In this document: piece by piece, positions 58,392 to 64,000 of the stretch
Numbering within the stretch: position 1 is the stretch's first letter
Layout: each line of letters opens with the position of its first letter
From: an uncultured Veillonellaceae bacterium
Lineage (GTDB): Bacteria; Bacillota; Negativicutes; JARBTT01
NCBI GenBank assembly: GCA_963805085.1
Contig: CAWDTA010000002.1
Location: forward strand, 1,184,001-1,248,000
Direction: 5' to 3'
Length of the DNA: 64,000 nt
The notes under the pieces: model-generated
Told to the model about the DNA's origin: nothing
Databases searched by the model: none
The model's input: only the letters and a program-made list of their open reading frames with translations
Translations under genes and position numbers: made by a program

Positions 58392-59072
58392 ATGACAAAC
58401 ATATTACTAGTCGGTGGCGGTCGAAGTGCTGCGGGGTTTTTAGAATTGGGCAAAAATGTTCCTGATATTAAAATCGTTGGTGTTGTTGATTTAAAAACAG
58501 ATGCAGTAGCAATTCAATTAGCGAATAAATCAGGGATTAGAACTTTCCAAGATATCAAAGAAGCAGTTAATACGTCTGGTGTCGATGTAGTAATAAACAT
58601 TACAGGTGATACTAGTGTAAATAAAGTGATTTCTGATAATAAACCAGAACAGGTAAAATTAGTAGATTCTTTTATCACTTCGATGTTGTATCATTTAATT
58701 AAATCCCAAATCCTTCTTACCGATGATTTAGAAGAAAAGGTTGGGACGTTATCTAATGCGGTAACTGAGGCAAAAGGGCATATCAATAAAACCCATGAAG
58801 TCATAGGCTTTATTAATAAAGTTTCCCAACAAACCAATCTTTTGGGGTTAAATGCTGCGATTGAAGCGGCTCGTGCAGGTGAACAGGGAAAAGGGTTTGC
58901 GGTAGTTGCAAATGAAGTTCGTAAACTAGCGGAAGATAGTGTCGAGGCTACAAAAAAAATAAACTCCATTTTGAATAATATTGAATCGTCTATGCAGGCT
59001 ATTATCGTGGGGATAGAAGAAACTGCAGCGGTTGCTGAAAGTAATCGAAGTGGCAAGTCAATGAGACAATAA
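58392..59072 (+). CDS. Soluble chemoreceptor with N-terminal Rossmann-like domain
   Basis: [24 protein letters not shown] followed by [18 protein letters not shown]; no TM segments. Confidence 0.88.
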   Translation: MTNILLVGGGRSAAGFLELGKNVPDIKIVGVVDLKTDAVAIQLANKSGIRTFQDIKEAVNTSGVDVVINITGDTSVNKVISDNKPEQVKLVDSFITSMLYHLIKSQILLTDDLEEKVGTLSNAVTEAKGHINKTHEVIGFINKVSQQTNLLGLNAAIEAARAGEQGKGFAVVANEVRKLAEDSVEATKKINSILNNIESSMQAIIVGIEETAAVAESNRSGKSMRQ

Positions 59073-59090
59073 ATAAGTGATCAATAAATA

Positions 59091-59127
59091 AAAAGCCTTG
59101 GACTCTGAATAGAGTGCCAAGGCTTTT
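59091..59127. terminator. Bidirectional terminator
   Basis: AAAAGCCTTGG.CTCT/AGAG.GCCAAGGCTTTT. Confidence 0.75.
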
Positions 59128-59132
59128 AAGTG

Positions 59133-59579
59133 TTAGTCAGGGATCACAGATGGGTTATCAGTGATTGCTGACAAAATAACAATGGTTTGTGTTTTGATAA
59201 TACCAGGTTGATTTTTAATTCTGGTTAATAGCAATTCTAATGTATGGGTATTTTCGGTTATAATTTTTAAGGAATAATCAAAATCACCAGTAATGTAAAA
59301 ACATTCTTTAATTTCATTTTCGCTTTTTACAAAATGTGCGAAAGAGTCACTATGGCTTGGATTTTCAAATCTAACAAACATTAATGCCATGAGATGTTTG
59401 TTGAGCATGGTAGGGTCTAATATGACAGTATATTGCTTGATTACGCCAGATGCTTCAAGCTTTTTTAGCCTTTCACTAATCGCTGGCATTGATAATGATA
59501 TTTCGGAACTTAAGTCGGAAATAGTCATGCGGGCATTTTTTTGTAAGTTTTTCAATATTTTTTTATCAATATCATCCAT
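59133..59579 (-). CDS. Lrp/AsnC family regulator
   Basis: MDDIDKKILKNLQ.NAR..ERLKKLE..GVI; ITGDFDY. Confidence 0.93.
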   Translation of the reverse strand: MDDIDKKILKNLQKNARMTISDLSSEISLSMPAISERLKKLEASGVIKQYTVILDPTMLNKHLMALMFVRFENPSHSDSFAHFVKSENEIKECFYITGDFDYSLKIITENTHTLELLLTRIKNQPGIIKTQTIVILSAITDNPSVIPD

Positions 59580-59801
59580 ATAATCACCACCAATCTAAAA
59601 ACAGAAATTTTCTATATTCCTTTATTATAACAGGCAAATGAATTTCTGTAAGTGTTTTTGTGATTAATATTTAAAATATATGGTTGTTTTTGTTTTTGTA
59701 TAGAAATTTTCAAGTGTATCTGATTTATTTAGAGGGAAAAAGAGTAATCTTACAGAATATATTTAGACTAATATTTTTAATGCTTTTTAGGGGTTGATAG
59801 A

Positions 59802-61769
59802 ATGGCTACGAAATTGCGATCAAATGTGCAACGACGAATAGCTGTATTTATATCGTTTATGCTTATGTTCATTATCGTCTTAAGTGGTAGGCTTGCTTGG
59901 ATGCAATTGGTGCAGGGCGATGAATTCCAAAAAAGAGTGGACCATCAAGTAGGAGAAAGCAAAATACTACAATCGCCACGGGGGACTATCTACGATAGGC
60001 AAGGTAGAGAGCTGGCAGTTAGCATCATGACGAAGTCTCTGTATGTTGATCCGCATGAAGTGAAAGATGCGGATCAATTAGCCCAGGATCTCTCGCCACT
60101 CATAGGAATCCCAGTAGAAGATATCAAAGAACGTATCGCTGTGGGCGGCGGGTTCGTTTGGCTAAAACGTAAATTAGAACCAGATGTAGTAACCAAGGTA
60201 AAACAGCTTATTTATGATAAGAAATTAAATTGTTTAAACTTTGAAGATGAAAGTAAGCGTTATTATCCTAATGATGTTTTAGCAGCACAGGTATTGGGAT
60301 TTGTTGGTACTGATGACACTGGCTTAGATGGAATTGAATTAATTCAAAATGATGTCATTAAAGGAAAAACGACAAAACGCTATGTGATGACCGATAAAAA
60401 TAGTAAACCAATTTTTAATTCGGTGCTTTCTAATAATTCTTTTGAAAAATGTAAAAATGTTTATTTGACATTGGATAGTACGATTCAATTTATCGTTGAA
60501 CAAAATTTGGATAAAGCGATGATTGAAACAAAACCAAGGGCGATTACTGCGATTGTTATGAATCCAAAAACCGGAGAAATTCTCGCGATGGCGAATAGGC
60601 CTACCTTTAATCCAAATGAGTTTGGCAAATATTCGCCAACGGAATGGAAGAATCGCGCGGTATCCTTCGTATACGAACCGGGTTCTACATTTAAAGCAAT
60701 TGTTGCAGCAGCCGCTTTGCAAGAAGGAACTGTAACGCCAAATCAAATATTTCACGTTCCAAGTTATGTAATGGTATCAGGGCGCCGAATTCAAAATTGG
60801 AGTGATGAAGATTATGGTAACGTTACATTTACCAAGATTATTAAGGAGTCCATTAATACGGGATTTGTTCAAGTTGGCATGCAACTTGGTGCGAATAAAT
60901 TAAATGAATATGTACATTTGTTTGGTTTTGGAAAAATAACGGATGTTGGTTTGCCGGGAGAAGAAGTCGGCATCTTGTTTAATCCTAATGATATGCGCGA
61001 TTCCGATTTAGCAACAATGTCGATTGGACAAAGTATTGCGGTTACACCAATTCAACTGGTTACAGCGATGTCAGCAATAGCCAATAAAGGTGTGCTGCTA
61101 AAACCAACCATTTTAAAAGAAATTCGTAATGCGGATAATACAATCTTCAGTGAAGAAAAAACAACTGAGATTAGACGAGCTATACCCGAAGAAACAGCCT
61201 TGGAATTAAGTGGAATGCTCGAACAGGTTGTTGCTTCTGGCGGTGCTAGTAAAGCGGCGGTAAAAGGGTATCGTATTGCCGGCAAAACGGGAACAGCGGA
61301 AAAATTGCGCGACGATGGTAGTGGTTATTTAGCGGGCCATTATATTGCTTCCTTTTGCGGTTTTGCGCCAGTGGAAGATCCGCAAATTACAATATTAGTT
61401 ATTATTGATGATCCGAATGGTACTTACTATGGTGGCCAAATTGCGGCGCCAATTGCCGGCCAAATATTTGAACAAGTATTGCGGTATTTAAATGTGAAAC
61501 CATCGACCAATAATTTAAATCTAAAAGAATTCACAGGCAAAGAAAAAGTCGTCGAAGATGAACCAGCATCAGCGGTTGTGGTACCACAAGGAAAGGTTTT
61601 AATACCTGATATGAGTGGTAAAAGCCTGCGTCAGGCAGCAGAAGACCTCAAAGCGATTGGAATTAGTATGATTCCAGAAGGAACAGGAACTGCCTTTAAG
61701 CAGGATATAGCGCCAAATGCGATTGTTGATCCGGGTGCCACAATGACTGTATATTTTCGTTCGGATTGA
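59802..61769 (+). CDS. Class B penicillin-binding protein with PASTA domain (SpoVD/FtsI-like)
   Basis: RGTIYDR, R.YP, EPGSTFK (SxxK), SIN (SxN), GKTGT; C-terminal PASTA. Confidence 0.93.
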   Translation: MATKLRSNVQRRIAVFISFMLMFIIVLSGRLAWMQLVQGDEFQKRVDHQVGESKILQSPRGTIYDRQGRELAVSIMTKSLYVDPHEVKDADQLAQDLSPLIGIPVEDIKERIAVGGGFVWLKRKLEPDVVTKVKQLIYDKKLNCLNFEDESKRYYPNDVLAAQVLGFVGTDDTGLDGIELIQNDVIKGKTTKRYVMTDKNSKPIFNSVLSNNSFEKCKNVYLTLDSTIQFIVEQNLDKAMIETKPRAITAIVMNPKTGEILAMANRPTFNPNEFGKYSPTEWKNRAVSFVYEPGSTFKAIVAAAALQEGTVTPNQIFHVPSYVMVSGRRIQNWSDEDYGNVTFTKIIKESINTGFVQVGMQLGANKLNEYVHLFGFGKITDVGLPGEEVGILFNPNDMRDSDLATMSIGQSIAVTPIQLVTAMSAIANKGVLLKPTILKEIRNADNTIFSEEKTTEIRRAIPEETALELSGMLEQVVASGGASKAAVKGYRIAGKTGTAEKLRDDGSGYLAGHYIASFCGFAPVEDPQITILVIIDDPNGTYYGGQIAAPIAGQIFEQVLRYLNVKPSTNNLNLKEFTGKEKVVEDEPASAVVVPQGKVLIPDMSGKSLRQAAEDLKAIGISMIPEGTGTAFKQDIAPNAIVDPGATMTVYFRSD

Positions 61770-61823
61770 AAGAAAATAATGAAAGGGCGGCTTAGTTAGC
61801 CGCCCTAATGAAGCAAAGGTAAA

Positions 61824-62039
61824 CTATTGTTGGTTATTGTTACCTAAGGATGATTCATATTGTTCGATCATTTTACGAACCATACGACCACCAACGCGGC
61901 CACAATCGGCAGAAGTCATGGTGGACCAACCGTTTTGACGAACGGTGTCTGCAATACCTAATTCACTCGCGATTTCATATTTCATTTTGTCCATGGAATT
62001 CTGAGCTGCAGGATTAACAAGTTTGTTTGTTCTCGACAT
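61824..62039 (-). CDS. Alpha/beta-type small acid-soluble spore protein
   Basis: KYEIASELG and TS.DCG.VGG.MV; GGAGGTG RBS. Confidence 0.93.
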   Translation of the reverse strand: MSRTNKLVNPAAQNSMDKMKYEIASELGIADTVRQNGWSTMTSADCGRVGGRMVRKMIEQYESSLGNNNQQ

Positions 62040-62068
62040 GTTGTCACCTCCTTCTCGCGTTCTAAACC

Positions 62069-62098
62069 TATTATCTACAAAATGTAACAAGCTTATAC
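62069..62098 (-). promoter_or_regulatory. SigmaG-like forespore promoter of the SASP gene
   Basis: Minus strand GTATA-N18-GATAATA. Confidence 0.6.
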
Positions 62099-62280
62099 TG
62101 AAAAAAATATATGTAAATTGTGGTATTTAACGGTGATTTGCCGAGAAAAGTTTTCCAAAGAGCAGGGAATAAGCAACGAATAGCGAATTTCTAAAAAATG
62201 GGATTATATAGTATTTTTAAGTGTTAATATGTAAAGACGTGCTGTTTAGTTAATTGCGGTTGGAAATGTGGGGTGTAGAT

Positions 62281-62448
62281 GTGTCTGAATTAAAAAAAAT
62301 TAATCAAGATATTGAACGGTTACGTGAACAGTTGCATAAGCTTGTATTAGAAAAAAAATGTCACTTCGTTGATGAGGAAGTAACTAGACTAAGTCAGCAA
62401 CTGGATATGCTAATTGTCAAACATGAAAAATCCAAGTTGACTAAATAG
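62281..62448 (+). CDS. Spo0E-family aspartyl-phosphate phosphatase
   Basis: IERLR..L...V..LSQQLD.LI signature. Confidence 0.85.
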   Translation: MSELKKINQDIERLREQLHKLVLEKKCHFVDEEVTRLSQQLDMLIVKHEKSKLTK

Positions 62449-62500
62449 GGAGTATCTTTTTATCAATACTTTTAAGTTTATAGAGGAAATAGGAGATGGA

Positions 62501-63616
62501 GTGGAAATGCCGAATCGTGCAGTATGGGCAGAGGTGAATTTAGCCGCCATTAAGCATAATATTAGGGAAATCAAAAGTAAAGTGCAAGGCAATGCGAAAT
62601 TTTGTGCTGTTGTGAAAGCAAATGCTTATGGACATGGAGTGATTGCAGTCGCAAAAACTGCAATTGAAGCAGGTGCTGATTATTTAGCGGTGGCAATTTT
62701 AAATGAGGCACTGGAACTGAGACAGGCGGGTTTCTTAGAACCGATTTTGATTTTAGGGTTTACCCCGATTGATCAGGCGGAGCAAGTCGTTGAATACGAT
62801 ATTGAGCAAGCAGTGTTTACTGTGGAAGCAGCAGAAGCTCTATCGAAAGCTGCTGCATTGCAAAATAAGATGGCAAAAATTCATTTGAAGGTCGATACTG
62901 GGATGAGTCGCATTGGGATTATCCCCGAACAAGCGGGTGAATTAGCCAGCCAAATCCAAGCAATGCCAAATATTGAAATCGTGGGAATGTTTTCACATTT
63001 TGCGACTGCTGATAGTGAAGATAAATCCTTTGCTTACCAGCAATTAGCACAATTTAAAACAGCCATTGCCAGTGTTGAAAGTAAAGGCATTGATATTCCC
63101 ATAAAGCATATCGCCAATAGTGCGACAATTTTAGAAATTCCTGAGGCTCATTTTGATATGGTTCGCGCTGGCGTGATTCTTTATGGCTTATGGCCATCGG
63201 ATGAGGTTAAAAAAGATATTGATTTAAGACCGGCAATGCAGCTTAGAGCAAAAGTTGCTTATGTCAAAACGATGCCACCAAACCGTGGGATTAGTTACGG
63301 ACAAATCTTTCGGACAGAGAGGGAAAGTAAGATTGCTACGATTCCTATCGGCTATGCCGATGGTTGGACACGCCTGCTAACTGGTAAAGTTCGGGTGCAA
63401 ATTAATGATAAATTAGTGCCGATCGTCGGCAAAATTTGCATGGATCAATGTATGGCTGATATTACAGATGTTGGCGAAGTCAAAGTGGATGATGAAGTGG
63501 TGCTTTTTGGTAGTGAGCAAGTTACGATTGATGATATTGCAAACTTACTCGGCACCATCAATTATGAAATTGTTTGTATGGTTGGCAAACGTGTACCAAG
63601 AATTTACGTCAAATAA
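62501..63616 (+). CDS. alr: Alanine racemase
   Basis: AVVKANAYGHG, KVDTGMSRIG, SHFATAD, SYG, GYADG, ICMDQ. Confidence 0.95.
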   Translation: MEMPNRAVWAEVNLAAIKHNIREIKSKVQGNAKFCAVVKANAYGHGVIAVAKTAIEAGADYLAVAILNEALELRQAGFLEPILILGFTPIDQAEQVVEYDIEQAVFTVEAAEALSKAAALQNKMAKIHLKVDTGMSRIGIIPEQAGELASQIQAMPNIEIVGMFSHFATADSEDKSFAYQQLAQFKTAIASVESKGIDIPIKHIANSATILEIPEAHFDMVRAGVILYGLWPSDEVKKDIDLRPAMQLRAKVAYVKTMPPNRGISYGQIFRTERESKIATIPIGYADGWTRLLTGKVRVQINDKLVPIVGKICMDQCMADITDVGEVKVDDEVVLFGSEQVTIDDIANLLGTINYEIVCMVGKRVPRIYVK

Positions 63617-63673
63617 GTTCATAATTAGAATTTTTGAGGTAGTCATTCTAATATTGGTATGGCTACCTTATTT

Positions 63674-64000
63674 TTATCGACTTATTATTAATTTAAATAA
63701 AATCCATAGTGTAGTATAGCCGAAGATGGGGAAAGTTATTGCTATGAGATCTTTAAAGCCGATTTCTGTAAAGAGTAGACTGATGGTTATAGTGATCGCT
63801 AGACAAACTGGATAAGGAAGATGCAGGATGCTTTTTATTTTTATTGCAGAGCTATACAAGCAACTTAGTGAGGTTGTAAACATCGCAATTACAAAAATGG
63901 CTGTATAAAAGATGGAATGTAATTTTACTTGGGTACAAGCGATGGTTAACATTGGAACTTCCGTGGTGATAATATCAGGGCAATGGATCACAATCGTGCA
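63674..64000 (-). CDS. YkvI-like membrane protein (C-terminal part; gene continues beyond the window)
   Basis: EVPML.IA, AMFTT, GFKDLI...FPIFGY. Confidence 0.7.
   Translation of the reverse strand, partial: CTIVIHCPDIITTEVPMLTIACTQVKLHSIFYTAIFVIAMFTTSLSCLYSSAIKIKSILHLPYPVCLAITITISLLFTEIGFKDLIAITFPIFGYTTLWILFKLIISR

Noticed and set aside
1-64000. CRISPR arrays, IS elements, prophage, tRNA/rRNA, defence systems; many short antisense ORFs in the track
   Set aside because: No repeat-spacer pattern, transposase/integrase motifs or structural RNA signatures seen; the short ORFs overlap well-supported genes

Overview
This is a low-GC chromosomal window from an endospore-forming Firmicute. It is probably a diderm Negativicute (Sporomusaceae/Selenomonadales-like), inferred from spore genes occurring alongside an RND+MFP pump. 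From left to right it holds: (1) a gmu-like beta-glucoside/mannooligosaccharide PTS cluster with an SGNH esterase, GH1, GntR and ManA; (2) an accessory stretch with LysR-MFS, ABC-F, XRE-methyltransferase/AraC/DUF6506-like, an AdhR-like MerR module and a deletion scar joining two truncated genes; (3) a sigma54-driven ~11.6 kb galactitol-family PTS/pentose-phosphate operon, likely for a pentitol such as D-arabitol, with a decayed deoC remnant and pfkA; (4) a c-di-GMP-I riboswitch upstream of a diguanylate cyclase lacking an I-site; (5) nfo, a SAM-I riboswitch-metA-hydE unit, an H-NOX chemoreceptor, mgsA, a GAFTGA-less enhancer-binding protein and trmB; (6) a frameshifted DcuC-family gene, a lipase and a TetR-RND efflux unit with visible operators; (7) a sporulation block (ftsW/spoVE-like, cotJABC, spoVD-like PBP, SASP, Spo0E-like, alr, ykvI-like). 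I saw no rRNA, tRNA, CRISPR array, transposase or prophage. All family assignments come from motif recognition by eye, not from database searches.
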